Assembly (NCBI GenBank): GCA_964438405.1 | Contig: CAYTKF010000001.1 | Coordinates: 18,860-82,859 of the forward strand | From: an uncultured Candidatus Saccharibacteria bacterium | GTDB lineage: Bacteria > Patescibacteriota > Minisyncoccia > UBA9983 | Length of the DNA stretch: 64,000 bases | Direction: 5' to 3' | In this document: one piece after another, positions 9,791 through 19,092 of the stretch | Layout of the letters: each line of letters starts with the position of its first letter | Numbering within the stretch: position 1 is the stretch's first letter | Program-made: the position numbers and the translations under genes | Notes under the pieces: generated by a model | The model's database searches: none | Told to the model about the DNA's origin: nothing | Seen by the model: the letters and a program-made list of their open reading frames with translations, nothing else

Positions 9791-10846
9791 TTGTCTGTAA
9801 TTATTTTTATAATCGTTCTTGCGATTTTGATTTTGTCCCATGAGTTTGGGCATTTTATTACTGCAAAAAAGGCTGGGATAAGAGTGGACGAATTTGCCAT
9901 TGGCTTTCCTCCGCGATTATTCAGCTGGAAAAAAGGGGAAACAACTTACGCCGTAAATCTCTTGCCTCTTGGCGGTTATGTAAAAATTCACGGCGAAGAT
10001 GATGCCACAAACCCAAACGACCCGCGAAGTTTCGCGTCAAAATCAGCGCTGACAAGGACAATGGTTTTGGCTTCAGGTGTTTTGTTTAATCTTGTTCTGG
10101 CATGGGTTTTGATTTCTTTGGGCTATATTATCGGTTTGCCCACCAGCACCTCTGCTGTTCCAGCGGGCGCAAATATCAGTAATGTAAGAATAATTGTCAT
10201 AGAAGTGGCAAAAGATTCTCCTGCAGAAATGGTTGGGATTAAGGCAGGGGATGAGATAATCGGTTTTTCCCGCATTCAAGATTTCCAAAATTTTATCAGC
10301 GTCAACAAAAATAAGGAAGTTTCCATAAATCTAAACCACAACGGAGAAGGTATTTCTGTTAAACTTGTGCCAAGAAAAAATCCGCCCCAGGGCCAGGGCG
10401 CAATCGGCATTGCCATGGACGAGGCAGGCACATTAAAACTTCCGTGGTATAAGGCTTTGCCTTACGCCGCAAAATTTACTTATCAATTAACAATTGCCAT
10501 TGCCGTCGCAACTTATTCTTTTATTGTTGATGCCTTTCGAGGTTTGGCTGGTTTTGACCAGGTGATGGGGCCGGTTGGCATTGCAGGCGCAACAGGAGCT
10601 GCGGCAAAAATGGGATTTTCGTATCTTCTCGGTTTTATTTCTATGCTTTCCATAAATCTGGCTATTATCAATATTCTTCCGTTCCCGGCATTGGACGGCG
10701 GAAGAATTTTATTTCTGCTCATAGAAAAAATTAAGGGCTCGCCAGTGAGCGAAAGATTCAGCAGTATTGCCCACGCCGTAGGCCTGGCATTACTTCTGGT
10801 TCTAATGCTGGCAATAACCTACCGTGACATTTTACGGTTGATCTAA
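9791..10846 (+). CDS. rseP: RseP-like M50 intramembrane metalloprotease with PDZ domain
   Basis: HEFGH, FAIGFPP, PLGGYVKI, GPVGI, NILPFPALDGG; TTG start. Confidence 0.95.
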   Translation: MSVIIFIIVLAILILSHEFGHFITAKKAGIRVDEFAIGFPPRLFSWKKGETTYAVNLLPLGGYVKIHGEDDATNPNDPRSFASKSALTRTMVLASGVLFNLVLAWVLISLGYIIGLPTSTSAVPAGANISNVRIIVIEVAKDSPAEMVGIKAGDEIIGFSRIQDFQNFISVNKNKEVSINLNHNGEGISVKLVPRKNPPQGQGAIGIAMDEAGTLKLPWYKALPYAAKFTYQLTIAIAVATYSFIVDAFRGLAGFDQVMGPVGIAGATGAAAKMGFSYLLGFISMLSINLAIINILPFPALDGGRILFLLIEKIKGSPVSERFSSIAHAVGLALLLVLMLAITYRDILRLI

Positions 10847-10875
10847 AAACTAAAAATAATTAATTTTTTATATCT

Positions 10876-10918
10876 ATTGTGAACAAATGGAACGATCGTG
10901 AAAAATGGTAACAATAGA
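10876..10918. repeat. Imperfect palindrome, copy A1 (downstream flank of PaaX-like gene 1)
   Basis: ATTGTGAACAAATGGAA-CGATCG-TGAAAAATGGTAACAATAGA; 40/43 identical to 11629-11671; outer arms ATCTATTGT/ACAATAGAT are inverted. Confidence 0.9.
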
Positions 10919-10930
10919 TTAGTAATAGAT

Positions 10931-11593
10931 TTATTGTTTTATTATTGCGCTCTTGAGTAAATTCTTAAAATAATATAAAACTTTCTCATCAGTCATTTCT
11001 TTTACAAGAAATATTTTCACAAGGGGCTTTATATTAAAAAAATCTTTTAAGAATTCTATTTCTTCTATACAAGGGAAAGGATGAACCCAAACGCTTTTCT
11101 GACACTGATAAAAATTAAGATCTTCCAATTTATTTCTAAGCGAGTCTCTAATTTTTCTTTGGTTTTCCGGTATGTCAAAAATAACAAGCCGCCAATTTCC
11201 ATCCCAATTTTTTGGGACACTAATTTTTAATTCATCAAGGATAAACTTTTTAATTTTTTTCTTTCCATTTTCAGTAACAGTATAAATAAGACAATCTTCT
11301 TCTTCTTTTAAAAATTCCAAATTGTGTTTTTGTTTTAATTTATTAAAGGTATACCATATTTTTCTATATTCTTCGTAACTTTCTCTTTTTTGCCTTTGTC
11401 TTATTTTTTCTATTATTCCTAAAACGTTAGGGAAGGCGACGCCAAAGGTTAAAATTCCTCCGGTAGCTATTAATGCAAGGGTGGCATTAAGAGTAGTTTT
11501 GGCTTTAGAGTTTTCTTTTATTATCCTTAAAAGATACTTTTTAAGGTTTGGTTCTAGGGTTGTTTCAAATTTTATCGGTTTGTGTTTAGGCAT
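10931..11593 (-). CDS. PaaX-like protein (putative wHTH + Cas2-like ferredoxin-fold domain), copy 1
   Basis: YTVTENG wing, then WDGNWRLVIFDIPE..RKIRDSLR.KL..LNFYQCQKSVWVHPF. Confidence 0.85.
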   Translation of the reverse strand: MPKHKPIKFETTLEPNLKKYLLRIIKENSKAKTTLNATLALIATGGILTFGVAFPNVLGIIEKIRQRQKRESYEEYRKIWYTFNKLKQKHNLEFLKEEEDCLIYTVTENGKKKIKKFILDELKISVPKNWDGNWRLVIFDIPENQRKIRDSLRNKLEDLNFYQCQKSVWVHPFPCIEEIEFLKDFFNIKPLVKIFLVKEMTDEKVLYYFKNLLKSAIIKQ

Positions 11594-11628
11594 ATATTAT
11601 ATATTAATTATATATTACCACAGACTGC

Positions 11629-11671
11629 ATTGTGACCAAATGGAGCGGTCGTGAAAAATGGTAACAATAGA
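11629..11671. repeat. Imperfect palindrome, copy A2 (upstream flank of PaaX-like gene 1)
   Basis: ATTGTGACCAAATGGAG-CGGTCG-TGAAAAATGGTAACAATAGA; direct repeat of 10876-10918. Confidence 0.9.
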
Positions 11672-11726
11672 AAGTGGATGAGAATAGAGTAGTTACGGAA
11701 AATAAGTTGTGATATAATTTATTTAC

Positions 11727-11951
11727 ATGATGAAAACAGGCAAAATAATTATCTTTACTTTTATTTTATTCATTTTTTTCTTTTTTACGCCTCATTCTTT
11801 TGCCGCCACTTCTCCGGATTGGACCATTAATTTCAGTTGGAACGATGTGTCTGTTAATAATAACGGTCAATATGATTTTCCGTTAAATGTTCAAGGAAAC
11901 GGTACTTATACTTGGCTAGGTGGAAGTGCTTATGGTGAGATATATAAATGA
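11727..11951 (+). CDS. Short signal-peptide-bearing ORF, possibly the N-terminal fragment of the downstream C39-like peptidase
   Basis: K-rich N-terminus, hydrophobic core, SFA|AT cleavage site; ATGA overlap with next ORF. Confidence 0.55.
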   Translation: MMKTGKIIIFTFILFIFFFFTPHSFAATSPDWTINFSWNDVSVNNNGQYDFPLNVQGNGTYTWLGGSAYGEIYK

Positions 11952-13282
11952 TTGAGTTTGATGTGGGAACGGGAGTGCCGTTGTATACACAAATATTATC
12001 ACCTTATCCATCAATATCTGATACTGATGAATGGGATGGACTAAAGTATGCTGATGGTAATTCTGATTGTGGTTTTAGCATCTCTAACTGTGGATGCGCC
12101 ATTACTTCTATCGTAATGGTTGCCAGAAGTTATAGAATAACAAATACCCAAGAACTTGATGTCAATCCAAAAGAAATAAACAACTGGCTTAATAGTGAAT
12201 CAGGAGGATATGTAAATGGAGGTGTTAATTGGATTGCAGCCGCAAAATACACGGGCTGGAGAATCAAGTACGAAAAAAGCGACAAAACTACAAACAACTA
12301 CGTGCTTTTAGATGAAAAACTTAATAACAACCAGCCAGTTATTGCCAAAGCCAATCGTGGAAGAGGTGGCATTAGCCGCGAACATTTCTTTGTAATAGAT
12401 AAAAAATTAGCTTCCACTTATTCTGTTAAAGACCCTGCCTGGTATAATACCAAAATATTAAACGAAGGTTTTAATAGTGACATTCAGCACGTCAGAAATT
12501 ACGATAACGGCTTTGACGGCTTGAGAATTTACAAGAAAGGAGACGGAATTGCCCAAAAAGCCATGACCCTTGTTCTTGGTTCTCCGGCAGAACTTTTAAT
12601 AACCGATTCTTTTGGTAATAAACTTGGCAAAGACCAAAACGGCGTAGAATATAACCAGATATCCAACGGCTGGTATTTTGAGGAAGGGTTTGATGATCCC
12701 ACGGGAGAAAATCCGCCCTCTCAACATAAAAATAAAATCATTCAAATACTGGAGCCTACCGATGGTCAATATGATATCCAGATTATAGGCACCGGTGCAG
12801 GAAATTATTCTCTTAACTCAGATATTTACGATTCAGACGGCAATTCTCATTTCCAGACAATAACCGGCAACACCCAGCCGAATCTTATAACCGATTATTC
12901 TCTTAATTTAACCAATGGCAAGCCCGGAGAAATTGTTATTCCTGTCTCAATTGATATCAAGCCCGGCACTTACCCTAACAGCATTAATCTGGGCTCTAAT
13001 GGCGTTATTCCTGTGGCAATTTTTGGTTCTGCGGCGCTTGATGTTAAAAATATTAATATTCCTACAATTAGACTTGGCAGTGCTTCTGTTAAACTTAAGG
13101 GTAATGGGCAATCCGTTTTTAACTACTCTGACTTAAACACAGACGGTTTTATTGATGTTGTTGTAAAAATATCCACCGAAACATTTAGTTTGTCATCAAC
13201 TGACATTACTACAAACCTTGAAGGTAAATTACAAAATGGAATAACCATCAGGGGTTCTGATTCCGTACGAATTGTACCATGA
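11948..13282 (+). CDS. C39-like (papain-fold) peptidase domain protein with C-terminal beta-sandwich domains
   Basis: PLYTQ...W...Y, GCAITSIVMV (Cys), HFFVI (His), VKDP (Asp); SPAELLITD..G and IDIKPG..PNSIN modules. Confidence 0.75.
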   Translation: MIEFDVGTGVPLYTQILSPYPSISDTDEWDGLKYADGNSDCGFSISNCGCAITSIVMVARSYRITNTQELDVNPKEINNWLNSESGGYVNGGVNWIAAAKYTGWRIKYEKSDKTTNNYVLLDEKLNNNQPVIAKANRGRGGISREHFFVIDKKLASTYSVKDPAWYNTKILNEGFNSDIQHVRNYDNGFDGLRIYKKGDGIAQKAMTLVLGSPAELLITDSFGNKLGKDQNGVEYNQISNGWYFEEGFDDPTGENPPSQHKNKIIQILEPTDGQYDIQIIGTGAGNYSLNSDIYDSDGNSHFQTITGNTQPNLITDYSLNLTNGKPGEIVIPVSIDIKPGTYPNSINLGSNGVIPVAIFGSAALDVKNINIPTIRLGSASVKLKGNGQSVFNYSDLNTDGFIDVVVKISTETFSLSSTDITTNLEGKLQNGITIRGSDSVRIVP

Positions 13283-14268
13283 GCAAAAAAATTAAAATTC
13301 TAATAATTTCAATTTTCTTAGTTTTTGCGGTCGCTATAGCTATTTTTTATTTCATAAAACCAACAAAATCAGGATGCTTAAGTGATAACAGTGTGACAAC
13401 TTACGAAAACGATAAAGATAATACTTATATTGTAGTGTCTGACAAAAAAACAGGACAAGAGATAAATCGTTTTCAAATCAAAAATATAATTACTGATCAT
13501 TATCATGGTCAAGAATTACATAAATGTAACTTTTATGTGATAAGACAATTTAATTACGATAGTAAAACAAGACGCAAAACACCAAATTACAGCGCCGAAT
13601 TATGGTCATATAATTATACCCAGAATGGCCTCTCAATTTTAACCTTTAGCAAAACAGACAATAATGGCAATTATCTATTATTTTTTAATGATGACTTCCG
13701 CATTTCTCCTGATGAGAAATATCTTGCTCTTGAAAAAGGTTATGCCGGCCAAGATGATTATTCTATTGTCATTAAAACTCTTTCAGATAAAAAAGATGCT
13801 TTCATAATATCTGCCAAAGAGCTTTCTCAAAAATATCCCGATATTGTCGGGAATTTCGGTCTTAAAGAATGGACAAAAGACGGCAGATATTTTTGGGGAA
13901 ATATTTTTGATGGAGCAGACGTGTTAGCTTTCTTTAGAATAGAAATCGGAACTTGGAAATGGGAAGTATTTGAGGCGCCAGTTGGAACAATGGGCGGAGA
14001 TGTCCTAAATCCCGAATTGGGATATGTTACATATGATGATGGTTCGCCGTGGACAGGATTTGCCGATTTAGACCAAGCGTATCGCGAACAATGGAAAAAA
14101 GAAGGTAAAATTGTTCATTTTTATCTTTATAACTTATTTACAAAAGAGAAAACTCTTTTGGCCACTTATGACGATCCCACCTATTTCACTAAACCCAAAT
14201 GGCTTTCTGACACTCAGCTTCAATACGAAATGCCGAACGGGGAAAAGAGGATTTATGAAATTAAATGA
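13279..14268 (+). CDS. Membrane-anchored extracytoplasmic protein, beta-propeller-like
   Basis: N-terminal TM; ISPDEKYLA, WTKDGRYF, PKWLSD blade-like motifs; ATGA-coupled to peptidase. Confidence 0.6.
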   Translation: MSKKIKILIISIFLVFAVAIAIFYFIKPTKSGCLSDNSVTTYENDKDNTYIVVSDKKTGQEINRFQIKNIITDHYHGQELHKCNFYVIRQFNYDSKTRRKTPNYSAELWSYNYTQNGLSILTFSKTDNNGNYLLFFNDDFRISPDEKYLALEKGYAGQDDYSIVIKTLSDKKDAFIISAKELSQKYPDIVGNFGLKEWTKDGRYFWGNIFDGADVLAFFRIEIGTWKWEVFEAPVGTMGGDVLNPELGYVTYDDGSPWTGFADLDQAYREQWKKEGKIVHFYLYNLFTKEKTLLATYDDPTYFTKPKWLSDTQLQYEMPNGEKRIYEIK

Positions 14269-14289
14269 GTCTTTCATGGGGTTTAATCT

Positions 14290-14312
14290 TCCCCGAGGTT
14301 TAACCTCGGGGA
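14290..14312. repeat. REP-like palindrome TCCCCGAGGTT-T-AACCTCGGGGA
   Basis: Perfect 11 bp inverted arms with a 1 nt centre; no U-tract. Confidence 0.75.
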
Positions 14313-14320
14313 GTCTTAAG

Positions 14321-14387
14321 AAATCCTTGCTTCGTTTAAATTTTTGAAGTAGAGTTAATAATTATAAGTTAAACCATTAAACTTATG
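14321..14387 (+). promoter_or_regulatory. Promoter/leader block of subtilase 1 (duplicated at 16262-16327)
   Basis: TTGCTT-N17-TAGAGT; near-identical to the block before subtilase 2. Confidence 0.7.
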
Positions 14388-16259
14388 AAAAAAATACACA
14401 ACCATCTACTTGAACACAGCAAATGGTATAGTGATTGGCACAACTATTCACGCTGCTCAGTGGTGCACTGGGCTGTATTTGTTGTTGTTACTATGCTGCT
14501 TATGACCGGTACTTTATTGAGTATTCAGAAATTTGTTGTTTTAACAGAAAGTGAATCCAATATTGCCAGCGTTATAGTTCCCAGCTATAAGGGCGGTAAA
14601 GTCGGAGAAGCAGAAGACCATATTTTGGTAAAATTTAAAAAAACTTTGACTACCAAAGAACAAGAAAAAATACTTTCCAGAAACAATTTGAAAGAGAAAT
14701 CAGAAATTAAAGCCATCGGTGTAAAATTAATCTCTATCTCCGCCGATGATACTCCCCAAGAAGCAGTAGACAAATTGAAAGCCAAGGAAAAAGGCAATCT
14801 GGAATTTGTTGAAGTTGATGCTATTTTAGCTCCTGATTTAATACCAAATGATTCCTATTGGCCAAGCCAGTGGGACAAATCAAAGATCAACACTCCCTTA
14901 GCTTGGGATTCTAATACTGGCTCAAATACTGTAATTGTGGGTGTCGCGGATACAGGTGTTGATTGCACCCACGAAGATTTAACGGCCAATTGTGTTTCCG
15001 GTTGGAATTTTTATGATAACAATTCAAATGCTGCTGATGTTTATGGCCATGGGACTGCTGTTGCCGGAATTATTGGAGCTGCCGGCAATAATGCAAGGGG
15101 GGTAGCCGGAACAGTTTGGAATTCTAAAATTATGCCATTGCGGGTTAGCGGAACCAGTGGTTCCGCTACCTATTCGGCCATTGCCCAAGCTATAATTTAT
15201 GCAGCTGACCATGGAGTAAAAGTGGTGAACAACAGCTATCAATCGGGAGGCAGCGCCACAGTTAGGAGCGCTGCTCATTATTTGAAAAGTAAAGGAGGGC
15301 TTCTTATAGTAAGTGAGGGTAATTACGGCACTCTTACTAGCTACGACAATAGCCCGGACCTGATATCTGTCTCTGCAACTGACCCCAATGATGCTCTCTA
15401 TTCTTGGTCGTCTTATGGCAATGATGTGGACGTTTCTGCCCCGGGCTGCGGATATGCCACAGCAAACGGCGGAAGTTATAGAAGTTTTTGCGGCACTTCC
15501 AATTCTGCCCCGGAAGTGGCAGGTGCTCTGGCTCTTATCTTTTCGGTTAATTCTAGCTTAACTGCCGATCAAGCCCAAACTATCTTATTCAATTCCGCAA
15601 AAGATCTTGGCATTGCAGGTTGGGATATATATTTCGGATGGGGCAGAATAGATGTCGGGGCGGCCGTGGCATTGGCTAAGGGCGGAACTTCAAATGACAC
15701 TACTTCTCCTTCGGCACCAACCAATCTTTCCGCCTCTGCTCCGGATGAGACAAAAGTAAATTTGGCATGGACAGCTTCTATCGACAATACAGGAGTTGTC
15801 GGTTACCAAGTGTTTAGAGACAGCAATCAAATTGCCATTGTAAGCTCAACTAATTATACAGATACAAATGTTACTTCTGGTGCCAGTTATTCATACACAG
15901 TCAAGGCTTACGATGCTGTTGGTAATGTCTCTCCAAGTAGCAATACAGCTACAGTTACTGTGCCCACTGTTTCTGCCAAAGTCAGTATTTTGAATTATTC
16001 CGTAACAAAAAAGACTGCCACTACAGCCACTATCACTTGGACCACCAACATTCCCTCTACTGGTTTTGTCTCCTATAGTTCATCTTCTATAAACTTAAAT
16101 CTTTCTGCCACTGACGGAATTATCGGAACTACACATTCTGTAACAATTACTAATTTGACCAAATTCAGGATATATTATTACAAAATTACTGTTACCAGCG
16201 GAGATGGTTCCAGCACAGCTTCATCACCGGTTTCAAATTTCAGAACTAATAAAAAATAA
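14385..16259 (+). CDS. S8 subtilase with propeptide and C-terminal FN3-like domains
   Basis: Triad VADTG / HGTAVAG / GTSNSAP; FGWGRID; DTTSPSAPTNL..V.LAW...Y.V.R...YSYTVKAYDAVGN FN3. Confidence 0.92.
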   Translation: MKKIHNHLLEHSKWYSDWHNYSRCSVVHWAVFVVVTMLLMTGTLLSIQKFVVLTESESNIASVIVPSYKGGKVGEAEDHILVKFKKTLTTKEQEKILSRNNLKEKSEIKAIGVKLISISADDTPQEAVDKLKAKEKGNLEFVEVDAILAPDLIPNDSYWPSQWDKSKINTPLAWDSNTGSNTVIVGVADTGVDCTHEDLTANCVSGWNFYDNNSNAADVYGHGTAVAGIIGAAGNNARGVAGTVWNSKIMPLRVSGTSGSATYSAIAQAIIYAADHGVKVVNNSYQSGGSATVRSAAHYLKSKGGLLIVSEGNYGTLTSYDNSPDLISVSATDPNDALYSWSSYGNDVDVSAPGCGYATANGGSYRSFCGTSNSAPEVAGALALIFSVNSSLTADQAQTILFNSAKDLGIAGWDIYFGWGRIDVGAAVALAKGGTSNDTTSPSAPTNLSASAPDETKVNLAWTASIDNTGVVGYQVFRDSNQIAIVSSTNYTDTNVTSGASYSYTVKAYDAVGNVSPSSNTATVTVPTVSAKVSILNYSVTKKTATTATITWTTNIPSTGFVSYSSSSINLNLSATDGIIGTTHSVTITNLTKFRIYYYKITVTSGDGSSTASSPVSNFRTNKK

Positions 16260-16261
16260 CC

Positions 16262-16327
16262 AAATCCTTGCTTCGTTTAAGTTTTTGAAGTAGTATTAAG
16301 AATTATAAGTTAAACTATTAAATTATG
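16262..16327 (+). promoter_or_regulatory. Promoter/leader block of subtilase 2 (copy of 14321-14387)
   Basis: TTGCTT-N17-TAGTAT; shared AAATCCTTGCTTCGTTTAA...AATTATAAGTTAAAC. Confidence 0.7.
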
Positions 16328-17521
16328 ATGAAAAAATACATTGTTTTAGCCTCATTATTGGCCGTATTGGTCGCGGTTTTCTTTCTTGTGGGAACAGTAA
16401 GCGCTCGGGTGGCCATTGATAAAGGTGACTCGCATAAAAGAGTAATTGCTCACAGCGAAGAAGAAATAAGCAAGGCAGTTTCCTTGGGTTGCAGGATTGT
16501 AAGAGAGGCAAGGACGTTAAAAGCGCTTCGCTGTCCACGGGGAGTGGCTGAATCTTTATCGCTTAGTGAAGATGTAAAAGTTTTTGCTTTAGACGATGAG
16601 AAAGTCGGCGTCTTGAAAAGTCCTCAGCCCAGTGCAACGAGTGCCAGCGCCAACCAACAAATCGGCGCTGATATTGTTCATGCTTCCGGAAATACTGGCA
16701 TCGGCAGAAAAATAGTGGTTCTTGATACTGGTTATAACTATAATCATCCTGAATTAAGTTCCAGCTATCTTGACGGTAAAGACTTTGTTAACGACGATAA
16801 CGACCCAATGGATGACGATGGTCATGGCAGCCATGTATCAGGGATTATTACTGCTGATGGAATTAATCCCAAGGCTAAGGGCGTGGCTCCTGATGCAGGA
16901 GTTATCGCAGGCAAAGTACTCGACCAAAACGGCTCGGGCTATTTCAGCGATGTAGTGGCTGGTATTTACTGGGCAATAGACGGACCTGACGGTGTCTATG
17001 GCAATGCTGACGATTTTGGCGCCGATGCAATCAATCTTAGTTTGGGAACCTCTAGACCCTACACTTATAAAGGATTCTGTGACGGAGTTTTGCCTGATCT
17101 TACAAATGCCGTCAAATACGCAGTTGAAAGGAATGTAACTGTGGTGGTGGCTGCTGGGAACAATAGTAGTTCTGGGGTTTCTATTCCTGGTTGCATCAGC
17201 TACTCCACGACAGCTGGTGCTGTTGACAGTAGAGATAGAGTTGCCAGTTTTTCCAGCAAAGGTAATGCTTTAGATATCACTGCTCCTGGGGTAAGTATTT
17301 ATTCTACTGTTTTGGGAAGCGGTTACGCGAGTTGGAGCGGCACCAGTATGGCCACTCCAATGATAAGCGGCGTGGTGGGCCTTGTGAAAAATGCTCATCC
17401 AGCGTACACGCAGGCACAGATTGAAAGCAAACTCTTTAGCACTGCTAAAGATTTGGGCTCAAGAGGGAAAGATACAAGTTACGGCTGGGGCAGAGTAAGA
17501 GCAAATCTAGCTGTTAAGTAA
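16325..17521 (+). CDS. Secreted S8 subtilisin-like serine protease
   Basis: Signal peptide; VLDTG, HGSHVSG, AAGN, SGTSMATP. Confidence 0.95.
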   Translation: MMKKYIVLASLLAVLVAVFFLVGTVSARVAIDKGDSHKRVIAHSEEEISKAVSLGCRIVREARTLKALRCPRGVAESLSLSEDVKVFALDDEKVGVLKSPQPSATSASANQQIGADIVHASGNTGIGRKIVVLDTGYNYNHPELSSSYLDGKDFVNDDNDPMDDDGHGSHVSGIITADGINPKAKGVAPDAGVIAGKVLDQNGSGYFSDVVAGIYWAIDGPDGVYGNADDFGADAINLSLGTSRPYTYKGFCDGVLPDLTNAVKYAVERNVTVVVAAGNNSSSGVSIPGCISYSTTAGAVDSRDRVASFSSKGNALDITAPGVSIYSTVLGSGYASWSGTSMATPMISGVVGLVKNAHPAYTQAQIESKLFSTAKDLGSRGKDTSYGWGRVRANLAVK

Positions 17522-17539
17522 AATTATTGAGTGTCCGAT

Positions 17540-17570
17540 AGGGCGTCCGTTAAAAGGGGACGCTCTTTTC
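17540..17570 (+). terminator. Probable intrinsic terminator
   Basis: AGGGCGTCC...GGACGCTCT hairpin followed by Ts, just after the subtilase 2 stop. Confidence 0.6.
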
Positions 17571-17834
17571 GTATTTAAGAAAAATATTAAGGACATATAA
17601 AAGACATCATTTTTGACAGAAAATTAAATCTGTTTTTTAACAGTTTTCAACATTTGACAAAAAATTTCCTGTGAGTAGTTTGAGATATATGATGTCCAAT
17701 ACATTTTGGGCAGTAAAATATGGTCAATTAAACGGCCGGGTTCGCGGTTTTTGTGTGGATTCGGTTTTTTTATTTGGAAAAAATAAGGGTCGAACCATTA
17801 AAAGTAAAAAGTAAAAAATTCAATTAAAAAAATT

Positions 17835-18968
17835 ATGAAAAAAATAATAATAATTTTAGGCGGACTGGCATTAGCGTTTGCTTTTGCTACTTCAGTTTCA
17901 GCCGCAACTCCGAATTGGGACATAACAGGAACATGGACATTCAATGATATTTGGTTAGGAACACCCTATGTTCACACAATGACAATTGATTCGTTTAACC
18001 CAGTTACAGGTGAATTTTCAGGGACTGGCTATTATAACTCTAATACAGCTCTTACGTGGAATGTGAATGGAATAGAAAGCGGAAACGATATCACATTATT
18101 CCATTTGCTGGTTATGGCAGTGGCCCCAGGTGTCACTATTGACGGCACAGGCACTATTAATTCATCGGGCACATTTATGAGTGGAACAGGATATCAGTCA
18201 AACCTTCCTGGAGGCGACCCAAATATTGAATGGACAGCGGTGGGAACAGCGACTCTAACAGATAATGATGGTGACGGAGTATTAAACGAAGACGACATTT
18301 GTCCTAATACGACCGCTGACGGGCCTTGGGAAAGTGAAAAAGGTTGGGGGACAAATAGGTGGCAAGTACAAGATAACTGGATGTGGTATCAGAACAAACC
18401 AGCTGGAAAGGGAGTCTATAACCCAACCGCTCTTCACCCAATAGATTACACTTATGGCTGCAACGGCCACCAAATTATCGAAATGCTCAATGGCGTAATG
18501 AACGGCCACTTGAAGTTCGGATTAAGTTCTAGTGTGCTTGATGAATTCCATCTTGATTTGAATGATGGTGTATTGGATGGCAGATATTTTATCGAAACCG
18601 TTACCGTACCAGCCAGCAAATCAACAGATACGCTATCTGCTAATTTTTTAGCGTCGGGAATTAACTATATTCTTAAAGCACGAGGAACAGCTAACGCTGG
18701 TGATAATATTGAATTTGACGCAAAATACAGTTTCCGTACTGGTTCAAGCGTGACATGGACAGATTCTGTATCTAATTATGAGGGTTACGGACCTACGCTT
18801 TTGGATTTGTTTTACAATGGCTCAACACCGTGGGGAGTTTTTAATTTTTCTCATGAGTATGAAGCGGCCGTAACAGGAACCGGAGCAATTGCATCTTTCA
18901 GAATCTACGATGTTTATTATCCGAACAATACAGGTAATTTATATGTAGATATTTATGCCGAGCTGTAG
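17835..18968 (+). CDS. Secreted protein with thrombospondin type 3-like Ca-binding repeat
   Basis: Signal peptide VSA|AT; DNDGDGVLNEDDICPNT. Confidence 0.7.
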   Translation: MKKIIIILGGLALAFAFATSVSAATPNWDITGTWTFNDIWLGTPYVHTMTIDSFNPVTGEFSGTGYYNSNTALTWNVNGIESGNDITLFHLLVMAVAPGVTIDGTGTINSSGTFMSGTGYQSNLPGGDPNIEWTAVGTATLTDNDGDGVLNEDDICPNTTADGPWESEKGWGTNRWQVQDNWMWYQNKPAGKGVYNPTALHPIDYTYGCNGHQIIEMLNGVMNGHLKFGLSSSVLDEFHLDLNDGVLDGRYFIETVTVPASKSTDTLSANFLASGINYILKARGTANAGDNIEFDAKYSFRTGSSVTWTDSVSNYEGYGPTLLDLFYNGSTPWGVFNFSHEYEAAVTGTGAIASFRIYDVYYPNNTGNLYVDIYAEL

Positions 18969-19092
18969 AATTAAATAGAACTCACACGCGTCCTCCATTT
19001 TTTAGAAAAGTGGGGGAGCGCGTGGGCTCTGTAGAGATGTCCACACATAGGAGCAAAGGTCGAATGATTACTAAAGTTAATAAGAAAATTCT

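Noticed and set aside
10931-11593. CRISPR-Cas locus suggested by the Cas2-like domain (also 48177-48734)
   Set aside because: No cas1 or effector genes and no repeat-spacer array; only two repeats per locus, separated by the gene itself
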